From positions 29,574,001 to 29,638,000 of the forward strand of contig OZ024740.1 in assembly GCA_964016885.1 (NCBI GenBank): a stretch of DNA of 64,000 bases, in the 5' to 3' direction. Below the pieces are notes generated by a model. That model was not told where the DNA came from. It saw only the letters and a list, made by a program, of their open reading frames with translations, and searched no databases. The translations under genes were made by a program, and so were the position numbers. Shown here piece by piece: positions 9,526 to 21,081 of this stretch; the stretch's first letter is position 1; each line of letters begins with the position of its first letter. This DNA comes from Eledone cirrhosa (Eukaryota).

Positions 9526-12500
9526 ATGGATGTGTTAAGAGTAGGATGTTTGAATGCACGTGGCCTGGGCTCAACTTGGAAGCAAGCAAAGCTTCTAAAT
9601 GACCTCAGGTCATGTAGTATAAATGTAATGGTTATCTGTGAGACTCGAATCAGCGTCATGCGGCAGCTGGCCCCCACCTTCGATGACTTTGAGGTGCATG
9701 CATCTCTCTGTCAACCTGGAGGTGGGGGTGGGGTTGTCGTGCTGCTGCAAAAACACCTGGGTCTTGCCGTACAGGTTGTGCACTCGGACCCGGAGGGTCG
9801 TTTGTTGGTGCTAGACGTTGGCAGTAGTGAAAGTGCGGCCTTGAGACTGGTCGCCGTCTACTCCCCTTTCGGAGCTGAACGGCCCGACTTCTTCCAGCGT
9901 TTGGAGACTTTTCTGGGAACGTCGCGTTCCCTGCTTCTAGCGGGGGATTGGAATGACATCCTAGATGCACGTTGGGACTATGCAGGAGCATGTCCTAATA
10001 GAGGGGGGTGTAACAGCCTCAAGGGGTTACTCGACCGTTTTAACTTGGTCGATAGATATCGACTAGATTTTCCAACTGTGCCTACCTGGACTTGGAGAAA
10101 CCACAGTGGTCAATCTAGATCGTACTTAGATAGATTCTTAGTTAGAAGTAAGGATAGGGACATATTAAGCTGTCCAGAAATGCGCACGGTTGGCTACACG
10201 GATCACAAATTAGTGACCTGCGTGGTCAATCTCGAGAAAACACATAGACAGGGTCCCGGTTACTGGAAACTTAATTTGTCTTTACCGGCAAAAGAGACTT
10301 ACAGAAACCGGATTAGCAGATTAGTTAAGGAGAGGTTGACGGGTGCAATCGTCAACAACCGATGGTGGGCATCTCTCAAAAGAGAGATTAGAACAGAATC
10401 AATAAGTTATAGCAAGATGTTAGCTGCCAATAGGAATAGAAACGAGAAAGAATTAACAGGTAAATTAGAAGAGGCAATCAAGAGCGAAGATGTGGCCAGA
10501 GTGCTGGCATCGAGGACGGCCTTGAACCAGTTTTTCGATGCAAAGCATGAAGGCTGCGTCATTCGAAGTAAAATACGTGCTCTAGGTAATGAGGGGGCCA
10601 AAGCCGTTGGATGGGCCCGCGTGACAGAAGCTAAAAGTGGAAATCGATCCACCATCCGGTCGTTGCAAGACGAAGATGGACGAGTGATCCGGGAGCCTAA
10701 GCAGATGTGCGAGGCCTTTCAAAAGCACTTTGCCCGATTGTTCGGGGGAGGCGAGGGTCCGGGCCGGGGCGTGGATTTCGGTCCATACCTCGACGGCCTG
10801 CCGCGTCTCTCGAACAAAGAGGCAGAGTCCTGCGAGGGACCAATCTCGGCTGATGAGATCGGAGATGCGCTGAGCCAATGCAGCAGACGCAAATCTCCAG
10901 GTCTCGATGGTATACCTTACGAACTTTATTTAGCAATGCCGGTCTTCTTCTCCGAACTCCTCGAAGCGGTCTACTGCAATTGGCAGCAGAACGGGAGAAT
11001 TCCTTGTTCTGTAGCCAAGGGCGTAGTCACGCTGGTGAGGAAGGACGAGAACAAGGGGGATAGTATAAATAATTTTCGGCCCATAACCCTGCTAAACACA
11101 GAGTTAAAGATTTTGGCCAAGGTGTTAGCAAAGAGGTTGGCGCTTGTCGTGGGTGGCCTGGTGGGAGATGCGCAGACATGTGCTATCCCATCCAGGTCCA
11201 TTCACGATAACCTCCACCTCATGCGATACATCATAGAGAGGGTTGGCAACAAACCCGGCTTCGGTGGGGCCCTGATCAACTTGGATCAGTCTAAGGCCTT
11301 CGATAGGGTCGACCATGGTTACCTGGATGCGGTGCTAGCGGCGGCTGGGTTCGGTCCTGTTTTCAGAGGCTGGATCACTGCCCTACATAGCAACCACATC
11401 TGTTCTAGGATCAAGGTGAACGGCTACCTTTCGAAGCCGTTCGAAATCACACGATCCATTCGACAGGGGTGCCCTCTCTCCTCCCTTCTGTACGTATTGA
11501 CTCTCGAGCCTTTACTGAGGAAGTTGGAGTTGTTGCAGGGTATCCCCCTGGAACCAGGATTGAGCAAAGCGGTGTCGGCCTACGCCGATGACGTAACAGT
11601 AATGGTATCAACCGACTCGGAGATCGAGGCGATCGGTACCTTACTGGAGGAGTACGAAAGGTTGTCAGGAGCGAAACTGAACCGGGAAAAATCCATCGGG
11701 CTGCAACTCGGAACGTGGAGAGGCAAACCGATGCCTCCTGACGGTGTCGTCGGACACTGGACGGAGGGCCCGGTAAAGTTGCTTGGGGTCTGGTTTGGAC
11801 CGGACCTCCAGGTGGAAAAGAACTGGAACGAGGTTACGAACAAGGTGTTTGCACTAACCCAGAAATGGGCCAAGTGTAAGCTGTCCCTAAAAGGCCGGGC
11901 GGAGGTGGCGAACATTTACATAGCGTCCGTCACTTACTACCGCCTGACTGTCGTGCCTTGCCCTAAGGAAACACTCACCACCATGGAACGCATGCTCTTC
12001 CAATTTCTTTGGAAGAAGCGTCCTCCTATGGTGAGAAGATCCATCTGCTGCCAACAACCTTCGAAAGGAGGGCTGGGGATGCCGTGGTTGATGATGCGTA
12101 GGCACGCATTAAGGCTACGGCACCTACAGGTATTCCTCACTGGTCAACCGGTGTGGGCTCCGTTCGTGAAACGAGCCTTTCCGAGACTCGTCTCACTCAC
12201 CGAGCTACAGTCTTGGGTCAAGCAAAGATCCGGAAAACTGGGAGACTGGCACACTGAGTGTGCTCAGGCGCTCAGGGCTCTCTGGCAAGCGGGCCGGGCC
12301 ATCGGTGGAGAATCCACCTCATCATTCTATAGAGGGCTGGTGGCTAGCAGGGGCGATGACACCCTTGGAGAGTCGCTGGACATGGAAGAAGACGAACTGG
12401 CCAGCCTGTTCGGTAGGACTTTCGGCCCAGGACCAATGGACAACTTCCAGAAGTCACTGGCCTGGCAGTGCTACCGAGGGGCTCTACCCGTTCGAGAGAG

Positions 12501-12963
12501 GCTCTACAGACACGGGCGCCCGGGCAGGGATCCCTCAAAAAAGATTTGCCCTAGATGCGTGCGTCACGAAGAAACCGTGGCGCACGCATTGGTGCAATGT
12601 CCGGGCGTGGCTGATCTGTGGGGCTACGCCGAACAACTGCTGTCGCGGGTGGCGCCGATTAAATTGACCGCCGAGTCCGTGATGACAATCAAACCGCCTC
12701 CCCTCTTCACAAAGGAAGCAAAGGCGGTTTTTCTGTGCGTAATAGCCATGTTGAAAGAGGTTGTTTGGTGGACACGATTGAAAGGTCTGAGGTCAGGCAA
12801 CTTCCTCTCTGGCCATAGTCTGGTCTACTTCTTCCGATATCACTTCGGAAGAAGGATAAGAATGGAGAGAGAGGTGCTTGGCCACAGGCAGTTTTATGAA
12901 AGGTGGGTGATAGTGGCGAGAATGGCTCGTGTAAATGGGCCTTCTCTGTATACCATCCTGTAG
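9526..12963 (+). CDS. LINE ORF2 protein (1145 aa): apurinic-like endonuclease, reverse transcriptase and C-terminal zinc finger, Tx1/L1-like
   Basis: APE motifs LNARGL, ICET, GDWN, SYLDRF, TDH; GPGYWKLN; RT motifs KSPGLDG, FRPITLLN, LDQSKAFDRVDH, QGCPLS, YADD; GGLG; CPRC...HALVQC. Confidence 0.97.
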   Translation: MDVLRVGCLNARGLGSTWKQAKLLNDLRSCSINVMVICETRISVMRQLAPTFDDFEVHASLCQPGGGGGVVVLLQKHLGLAVQVVHSDPEGRLLVLDVGSSESAALRLVAVYSPFGAERPDFFQRLETFLGTSRSLLLAGDWNDILDARWDYAGACPNRGGCNSLKGLLDRFNLVDRYRLDFPTVPTWTWRNHSGQSRSYLDRFLVRSKDRDILSCPEMRTVGYTDHKLVTCVVNLEKTHRQGPGYWKLNLSLPAKETYRNRISRLVKERLTGAIVNNRWWASLKREIRTESISYSKMLAANRNRNEKELTGKLEEAIKSEDVARVLASRTALNQFFDAKHEGCVIRSKIRALGNEGAKAVGWARVTEAKSGNRSTIRSLQDEDGRVIREPKQMCEAFQKHFARLFGGGEGPGRGVDFGPYLDGLPRLSNKEAESCEGPISADEIGDALSQCSRRKSPGLDGIPYELYLAMPVFFSELLEAVYCNWQQNGRIPCSVAKGVVTLVRKDENKGDSINNFRPITLLNTELKILAKVLAKRLALVVGGLVGDAQTCAIPSRSIHDNLHLMRYIIERVGNKPGFGGALINLDQSKAFDRVDHGYLDAVLAAAGFGPVFRGWITALHSNHICSRIKVNGYLSKPFEITRSIRQGCPLSSLLYVLTLEPLLRKLELLQGIPLEPGLSKAVSAYADDVTVMVSTDSEIEAIGTLLEEYERLSGAKLNREKSIGLQLGTWRGKPMPPDGVVGHWTEGPVKLLGVWFGPDLQVEKNWNEVTNKVFALTQKWAKCKLSLKGRAEVANIYIASVTYYRLTVVPCPKETLTTMERMLFQFLWKKRPPMVRRSICCQQPSKGGLGMPWLMMRRHALRLRHLQVFLTGQPVWAPFVKRAFPRLVSLTELQSWVKQRSGKLGDWHTECAQALRALWQAGRAIGGESTSSFYRGLVASRGDDTLGESLDMEEDELASLFGRTFGPGPMDNFQKSLAWQCYRGALPVRERLYRHGRPGRDPSKKICPRCVRHEETVAHALVQCPGVADLWGYAEQLLSRVAPIKLTAESVMTIKPPPLFTKEAKAVFLCVIAMLKEVVWWTRLKGLRSGNFLSGHSLVYFFRYHFGRRIRMEREVLGHRQFYERWVIVARMARVNGPSLYTIL

Positions 12964-13236
12964 GTAAAGAAGTAAAGGAGAGGGGAACACCTTCTCCATG
13001 TGCTCCCCGGGCAAAGGATTGCACACTTTTTCGGGGGTGTGTGCAACCCCCATCACGTCCCCTCCCTTTTGAGGTTATTTTCGATTATTTTCATGTTACA
13101 CCCTTTTTACTCGATTATATGTAAACTCCCCCTTTGTATTTGTCCCTTCTTTTTATGCCTTTATGGTAAATAAAGAAATCTATCTATCTATCTATCTCTA
13201 TCTCTATCTATCTATATATCTACCTCTTTCTCCATC

Positions 13237-13317
<81 letters not shown>

Positions 13318-13344
13318 CTCTCCACCACTTATATCCTCACACAC

Positions 13345-13466
13345 TCTTTGACTCTGCCCCCGCCGAGGTTAACTTTGCTTTTCATCCTTACGGAGGTCGA
13401 TAAAATAAAGTACCAGTAATACACTGTAATAATTGCTGGACTTGTGCCAAAAGTAGAAACAATTAT
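13345..13466 (+). mobile_element. SINE fragment with Nin/Deu-type central domain
   Basis: ccgaggttaactttgcttttcatccttacggaggtcgataaaataaagtaccagt resembles, from memory, the Nin/Deu core of invertebrate SINEs. Not checked against a database. Confidence 0.6.
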
Positions 13467-13499
13467 TTTTTTCACCTTACATTATTCACCTTGTCTCTC

Positions 13500-13502
13500 T
13501 CG

Positions 13503-13569
<67 letters not shown>

Positions 13570-13795
13570 CTCCGCCTCACTGTCTCTCTCTCATTCTCTC
13601 TCTCTCTCTCTCTCCCTATCTTTCGCGCTCTCTTTCTCTGCTTCATCTTACTTTCTTTTCCTCCTTAATTTATTTGCCTCTTTCTTTCATCACTCTTAAA
13701 TTCTTCCATTTATTGTTATCATTGTTATTATTATTATTCATTCACTTACCTCCCCTTCTACACTCTTCATATATATATATATATATGTATGTATG

Positions 13796-13844
<49 letters not shown>

Positions 13845-13912
13845 GCACACACAGATACATTCACATACACACATACATACATATGTATGTGTATATATAT
13901 GAATATATATAT

Positions 13913-13949
<37 letters not shown>

Positions 13950-14038
13950 ATATATGTTGTGTCTGATATGTCTGTGTGTAAGCATGTATACATGTTTATA
14001 TATATGCAATATATGTATATACAAACATCCTCAAACAC

Positions 14039-14099
<61 letters not shown>

Positions 14100-14123
14100 T
14101 ATATATAAATATATATATATACA

Positions 14124-14163
<40 letters not shown>

Positions 14164-14429
14164 AATATATATAGGCAGTCGGCGACACACAGACAGAAAC
14201 ACTCATACAGTTTGTCTTTCTACATGTCTCATTTCCTATATACTTCCCATCCTCTCCGCCTTCCCCGCCATTCCTTCATTTTAATGTTTTCACCCCACCC
14301 ATCATCCTCCTCGCCCCCTCATCTCATTTCCCCTTCCCTCTTCTCCCCCCTTCCCTCTTCTCCCCCTTTTCTCCTTCCTCCTTATACTACTTGCTCTCCG
14401 TTTATCTAACAAACTCGAACACACACACA

Positions 14430-14460
<31 letters not shown>

Positions 14461-14461
14461 A

Positions 14462-14495
<34 letters not shown>

Positions 14496-14682
14496 CTATC
14501 TTTGTATATATGTATATACATAGATTTGTGTGTATACATATTTATATTTATATATATATGTATATATATATATATACATACACATATACATATACCTACA
14601 TATATATATATATATACATACATATATATGCATATAAATATTCACATACTCACATATATATACATACATGTATATGCATATA

Positions 14683-14725
<43 letters not shown>

Positions 14726-16315
14726 TATATTACTAATATATATATATACTACTAATCTTATATATATATGCATATATATTTATATATATGCATATATATG
14801 TGTATATATATATATATTTATATATACTACTAATATATATATATATATTTCCCAAACCATTCACACACTTCGTTTCGACTTCCTGTCTATCTGTCTTATT
14901 ATTTCCTGTCTACCTCTCCCTTGATCTCTCCGTCTCTCTCCCATCTCTCTCTCTCTCTCCCATCTTTCTCTCTCTTCCATCTCTCTCCCTTGATCTCGCT
15001 CTCTCTCTCTCATCTCTCTCCCTTGATCTCTCTCTCTCTCCCATCTCTCTCCCGTGATCTCTCTCTCTCTGTCCCATCTCTCTCCCTTGATCTCTCTCTC
15101 ACCCTCCCATCTCTCTCCCTTGATCTCTCTCTCTCCCTTGATCTCTCTCTCACCCTCCCATCTCTCTCCCTTGATCTCTCTCTCACCCTCCCATCTCTCT
15201 CCCTTGATCTCTCCGTCTCTCTCCCATCTCTCTCTCTCTCCCATCTTTCTCTCTCTTCCATCTCTCTCCCTTGATCTCGCTCTCACCCTCCCATCTCTCT
15301 CCCTTGATCTCTCTCTCTCTCCCATCTCTCTCCCTCTCTCCCTTTCTCTCTCCCATCTCTCTCCCTCTCTCTCTTTACCTCTCTCACTCTCCCTCTCTCT
15401 GTCGCTCTCTCCCATATGTCTCCCTCTCTCTTATCTATCCACCCTTTTTCACAGTCCATTCATTGCTTCCCTTCTTTCCTCATTCCACTCCTTCTCCTGT
15501 GTATATTTTGTCACCTCTCTCTCTCTCCCTCTCTCCCTCTCTCCTTCGCTCTCTCTCTCTTTCCCTCTCTCTCTCTCTCTCCCTTGCTCTCTCTCTCCCT
15601 CTCTTCCTCGCGCTCTCTCTACCTCTCTCCCCCCCCCCCTCCCGCTCCCTTCTCTCTTTCCCTCTCTCCCCCCTCTCTCTATATCTCTTACTCTCTCACC
15701 TTTTCACTCTTTCGTTCATTCTTACTCTCCCCCTCTCTCTAATTCTTTCCATCCCCACCTCATTTCATATCTTTCGGAATTCACTCCCTCTTCTTCTTAT
15801 TCCTCATATCTTATAGCTTTCTTTGGCCTCACTATAGTATCGTCTGCTCCTTCAATTCTAGCTCCTCTCCTTCACCCACTACTCTTCCTTATACTCTCTC
15901 CTTTTCATATTGCATCTCTTTCTCCTTTTCTCCTTGTCTGTGTCTCTCCTCTCTCCTCTCCCCTCACTCCTCTTTCCCCATTCTGTCTCTTTTCCTCATT
16001 CTGTTTCTTATTTCGTTTTTCTCGTATATTATCTCTCTATCTCTATATCTATTTCTATCTCTATCTCTATCTCTATCTCTATTTCTCTGTCTCTATCTCT
16101 ATTTCTATCTCTATTTCTATCTCTATCTCTCTGTCTCTATCTCTATCTCTCTATTTCTATCTCTATCGCTATCTCTCTATCTCTATCTCTAGCTCTATAT
16201 CTATCTATATCTCTATCTCTATCTCTCTATCTCTATCTCTATCTCTCTATCTCTATCTCTCTATCTATCTCTCTATCTCTATCTCTCTATCTCTATCTCT
16301 ATCTCTATCTCTATT
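13500..16315. repeat. Compound low-complexity block: (CT)n, (TA)n, (CA)n, (TATCTC)n
   Basis: Direct reading. (TATCTC)n occupies ~16030-16315. Confidence 0.9.
14915..15330. repeat. Pyrimidine-rich minisatellite, ~33-bp unit (ctcccttgatctctctctcaccctcccatctct)
   Basis: The anchor ctcccttgatct recurs about ten times; an ~85-bp block at ~14916 is duplicated at ~15198. Confidence 0.8.
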
Positions 16316-16357
16316 TCGCTGGTGAAAAGAAAGTGTAAACAAGCTTTGCATTCAGTC

Positions 16358-18282
16358 ATGAATGCTGCGTTCATAACTAGAAGTGGTGGGGAGGCGGTAA
16401 GAGTGTTAAGCCCGCAGTCACCTCCTCTCACCACCTCATTGAAAGACATCGAAAATGTCGTCAGTTTTGAAAACACGATGTCGGACGTTAATTCTAACAT
16501 CAACACTGACACAAACACCAATAACATGCAAAATATAAACAACAACAACAACAATAATGACAACAAGAACAACAACAGCAACAATGATAACAACAACACC
16601 ACCACCAACAACAACAATGATAAAAACAACACCACCAACAACAACAGCAACACGAACAACTCCACGAACAAGGAAAAGATTTCCTTTGCTCAAACCGTCC
16701 AAAAGACGGAACTGTTCACATACCTTGACATTTCCAATGCTAGGGAAATGTTAAGCGATGCAAAACTACGTAACTTTTGGTGAGAGTGGTGCTTTCAGCA
16801 TCACTTCTCCTCAACAGTTACGCAGAGAAACTGTTAAAAAACAGTAAATTTTAGGACGTTTTCAAATGTGTCGAAAAAACCAGTTCAATTATCCCAAAAC
16901 GATATTGAACTGGTTCTGAAGAATTCCATGAAGGATATTGCCTTCATCCAAAAAGGGAAACTTTTTGGAAGCATTTCGGTGTTGTTGAAAGACCAATTGA
17001 CAACACAAAGATATTCTGTATCGCCGATTGTGTCCCCCCTTTACACCTTTTTCCCCACATATATGGGAAAAAGAACACAAAAAATAAAAATTTCGAACAT
17101 TGCACCAAATGTAAACGTCTGGTGGATTCTAACTGGCTTCATCGATTTCGACGAAGACACCATCATTTCGGTGGGAAAGTCCTCCAGAGGCACATTCAAT
17201 GGTACAAGCATGGAAGTTCTGGTCCACATGAGGCCAGAACGGATAGCTAAAATACCCCAACGTGTGCCTCTGGATGGAATTTCACACAAACATTTCTGTT
17301 GAGGGTAGGCAGCCTTCATGTTACCACTGTTTAAGCAGTGGTCACCTGAAGGCTTACTGTCCTCAGTTCACTACAAAAAAAAGAGGCACTACTGCCAACA
17401 CCCAACACAACAACACAACCACCACCACCACCACCACAACAACAACAACAACAACAACAACACGCAACACACAACCAAAACAAGAACAACAAACCAACCT
17501 GCAAGCACAGTCCCACCCAACCCCAGTCCACCTAAAACCACTGCAAAAACACCCACAAACACAACAGCTCCCCAAAACATACCCCTTCCAAATAACACAG
17601 ACACCACAACGGACGAGGCCCTCACATCATCACCAAGTGACGATGAGGGAGAGCCTCTCCGTTCGAAAAGAAAGAAGAAAAGACACCACAAGAACAAAAA
17701 AACAACAAACATCACTACAAACATACAACCACCAACACAAACAACACAAACATTACAACCCCCCCCCCCCGTCGCGAAAACAAAACCACGACATCACTCC
17801 AAACACAAACACCTACAACAAAAGGGAAGCTCCCACAAGATCAACAGACAAAAACCACCGCAACACAACAAGAACATTACACATACATAAACAGTAAAAA
17901 CAAAACTTTAATGGAGGTCATCTCCAACGAGCCTTCGGTGAAAACCGAGGGGAAAACTTTTTCGAACTGTGTAGACAAACCTAATTTAAAGATGATTAGG
18001 GTCCCTACGGACACCTATAAGTCTTTAAAGGAAAACTTTCCTAAGGACGTGGGTAATCCTTGTGTTAAACTCATTAACCGCGTCCTTTTAAAAAGTTTCC
18101 CCACCCTCACCCCAGACACCCCCACACCAGACACCCTCACCCCGGACACCCCCACCCCAGACACCCTCACCCCACCAAACATCTCCGTCCCCACCCCGCC
18201 GGAAACCACCACCCACCCAGACAACCCCTCTAACACCCCCATGGAAACCGTGCGGCCTGGTCCCCGAGAGACGAAGAGGTGA
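16358..18282 (+). pseudogene. Degenerate ORF1 of LINE copy 3
   Basis: Fragments MNAAF..SGGEAVRVLS, KISFAQ, PTYMGKRTQ, CYHCLSSGHLKAYC and INRVLLKSFP lie in different frames. Confidence 0.88.
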
Positions 18283-18319
18283 ATGTTTTCTTCTCTTCTT
18301 TTAACTTTTCAGAACCAAC

Positions 18320-20308
18320 ATGGCCAATATAAGAGTTGGATGTGTGAATGTACGCGGCCTGGGGATGCCCTGGAAACGGGGCAAACTCTTAAACGACCTC
18401 AGGTCGCACAGTCTGGATGTAGTAGCTATTTGCGAGTCCAGAATCCACAGCGAGCGACACCTGGCCCCCATCTTCGATAACTTTGAGATCTACGCATCTC
18501 TCCGTCGGCCGCGGGGTGGGGGCGGGGTTGCCGTTTTGCTGCGGAAACACCTGGGCCTCGTAACACAGACGGTACATATGAACGCAGCATTCATGACTGA
18601 ATGCAAAGCTTGTTTACACTTTCTTTTCACCAGCGAAATAGAGATAGAGATAGAGATAGAGATAGAGATAGAGTGATAGTGATAGAGATAGAGAGACGTT
18701 GACGGTAATGAAGGTGGTGCCTTCAGGCTGGTGACCGCATATGCCCCATCCGGGACACCGCAGCCAGACTTCTTCAAACGTCTAGAGACTTTTCTGGGAA
18801 CGTCCCGCTCCTTGCATTTAGTGGGGGACTGGAATGGAATCCTATATGTACGTTGGGACTATGTGGGAGCATGTCGCGATAAAGAGGGGTGTAACAGCCT
18901 CAAACAGTTAATCGGCCGATTTGACCTGGCCGATAGATATCGACTAGATTTTCCGACTGTGCCACTGTGGACGTGGACTAATCGTAGCGGAACATCTAGA
19001 TCGTACCTAGATAGGGTTCTAGTTAGAAATAAGGATAGGGACATGTTAAGCTGTCCACAAATGTTCATGGTTGCCTATTCAGATCACAAACTAGTGACCT
19101 GCATGGTCAACCTTGATAGAACCCATAGACAAGGACCCGGTTACTGGAAGCTGAACTTGTCGTTACCGACATGCAAAGCCTACAGTAGACGGATTAGCAC
19201 TTTAGTTAAACAGCACTTGACAGGGGCCATTGTCAACAACAGATAGTGGTACTCTCTCAAGAGGGCAGTTAGATTAGACTCGTTAGCTTTTAGTAAAGAA
19301 TTAGCGTTAGATAGAAATAGAACCGAGAAGGAACTGGTAGATAAAGTAGAAGAGGCACTTAGGAGTGGCAACGTAGCTAGCGTGCTAGCAACGAGAACGG
19401 CCTTGGACCAGTTCTTCGACGCAAAGCACGAGAGCTGCGTTGTCAGAAGCAAAACACGTGCTCTGGGAAACGAGGGAGCCAAATCTGTTAGCTGGGCCCG
19501 AGTGACGGAGGCAAAAAGTGGCAACAAGTCCACGATTCGGTCTGATATGTGAGCCGAAGCAGATATGTGCGGCCTTTCAGCGGCACTTTGCTCAACTGTT
19601 CGGGCAGGGCGGCGCGCCGGGAGGGTCTATGGATTTCGGTCCATACCTCGACGGCCTACCGTGACTCTCGGACAGCGAGGCAAAGTTCTGCGAAAAGCCG
19701 ATTTCGGCCGCTGAGATAGAGGACGCGCTGAGCCAATGCGGCAAAATCAAATCTCCAGGTCTCGACGGTCTACCCTACGAATTTTACGTAGCAATGCCGG
19801 ACTTATTCTCCGGTCTCCTGGCAGCAGAACGGGAGAATTCCAAGTTCTGTGACCGGGGCGTAGTCACACTAGTCAGGAAGGACGAGAATAAGGGGTATGA
19901 CATAGGCAACTTCAGGCCCATAACTCTGCTAAACACAGAGTTACAGATTTTGGCCAAGGTGTTAGCAAAGAGGCTGGCGTTTGTCGTCGAAAACATGGTG
20001 GGAGAAGCGCAGACATGCGCAATCCCGACCAGGTCCCCATACACGACAACCTCCACCTCATGCGATACATCATAGAGAGGGTAGGTGTAAACACGGCTTC
20101 GGTGGGGCCCTGATCAACTTGGATCAATCTAAGGCTTTCGATAGGGTTGACCATCGTTACCTGGATGCGGTGCTCGAGGCGGCAGGCTTCGGTCCCGTGT
20201 TCAGGGGCTGGATTGCTGCAATGCACAACAGCAACATCTGCTCAAGGGTCAAGGTGAACGGCTACCTCTCGGAGCCGTTCCATACCACGCGATCCATCCG
20301 ACAGGATG
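18320..20308 (+). pseudogene. Degenerate ORF2 (APE plus N-terminal RT) of LINE copy 3
   Basis: GCVNVRGL, GDWN, SYLDR, SDH, FRPITLLN and LDQSKAFDRVDH, with stops, frameshifts and an inverted insertion at 18577-18694. Confidence 0.9.
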
Positions 20309-20319
20309 GATCGCGTGAT

Positions 20320-20372
20320 ATGTCCATTTGTATTTATCCCCTTCTTTTGTGCCCTTGTGGCTAATAAAGAAA
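20320..20372 (+). mobile_element. Orphan 3' terminus of the same LINE group
   Basis: tttgtatttatcccttcttttgtgcccttgtggctaataaagaaat matches the 3' ends at 13133-13178 and 26384-26430. Confidence 0.8.
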
Positions 20373-21081
20373 TTTATCTCTATCTCTCTATCTGTATCTC
20401 TATCTCTATCTCTCTATCTCTCTATCTCTCTATCTGTATCTCTATCTCTATCTCTATCTCTCTATCTCTAACTCTATCTCTCTATCTCTATCTCTATCTC
20501 TATCTCTCTATCTCTCTATCTCTCTATCTCTCTATCTCTATCTCTATATCTATATCTCTCTATCTCTCTATCTCTATCTCTATCTCTATCTCTCTATCTC
20601 TAACTCTATCTCTCTATCTCTATCTCTATCTCTATCTCTCTATCTCTCTATCTCTATCTCTATATCTATATCTCTCTATCTCTCTATCTCTATCTCTATC
20701 TCTATCTCTCTATCTCTAACTCTATCTCTCTATCTCTATCTCTATCTCTATCTCTATCTCTATCTCTATCTCTCTATCTCTAACTCTATCTCTCTATCTC
20801 TATCTCTATCTCTAACTCCATCTCTCTATATCTATCTCTATCTCTATCTCTCTATCTCTCTATCTCTATCTCTATCTCTATCTATATCTCTATATCTATA
20901 TCTCTCTATCTCTCTATCTCTCTATCTCTCTATCTCTAACTCTATCTCTCTATCTCTATCTCTATCTCTATCTCTATCTCTATCTCTATCTCTCTATCTC
21001 TATCTCTATCTCTCTATCTCTATCTCTATCTCTATCTCTAACTCTATCTCTCTATATCTATCTCTATCTCTATCTCTCTAT
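20373..21081. repeat. (TATCTC)n hexanucleotide microsatellite, ~700 bp
   Basis: Direct reading of the sequence. Confidence 0.95.

Larger units (their letters stand above)
7380..13178 (+). mobile_element. Tx1/L1-clade LINE copy 2, full-length and intact (~5.8 kb)
   Basis: 5' UTR, ORF1, 33-nt spacer, ORF2 (APE-RT-zinc finger) and 3' UTR ending aataaagaaa. Flanked by (TATC)n, with a 21-nt TSD-compatible match at 7359-7379/13179-13199. Confidence 0.95.
16316..20308 (+). mobile_element. Tx1/L1-clade LINE copy 3, divergent subfamily, degenerate, broken within RT
   Basis: Starts after (TATCTC)n. Frameshifted ORF1 and ORF2 are homologous to copy 2. Homology stops at TRSIRQ. Confidence 0.9.

Noticed and set aside
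13444-16338. LSLS/ERER ORFs up to 423 aa
   Set aside because: Products of CT-rich and TATCTC repeats that lack stop codons.
16394-16415. Twister ribozyme (gcggt...aagcccgc resembles the P4 hairpin)
   Set aside because: The loop is too long, and I could not place the UAA cleavage strand or the two pseudoknots.
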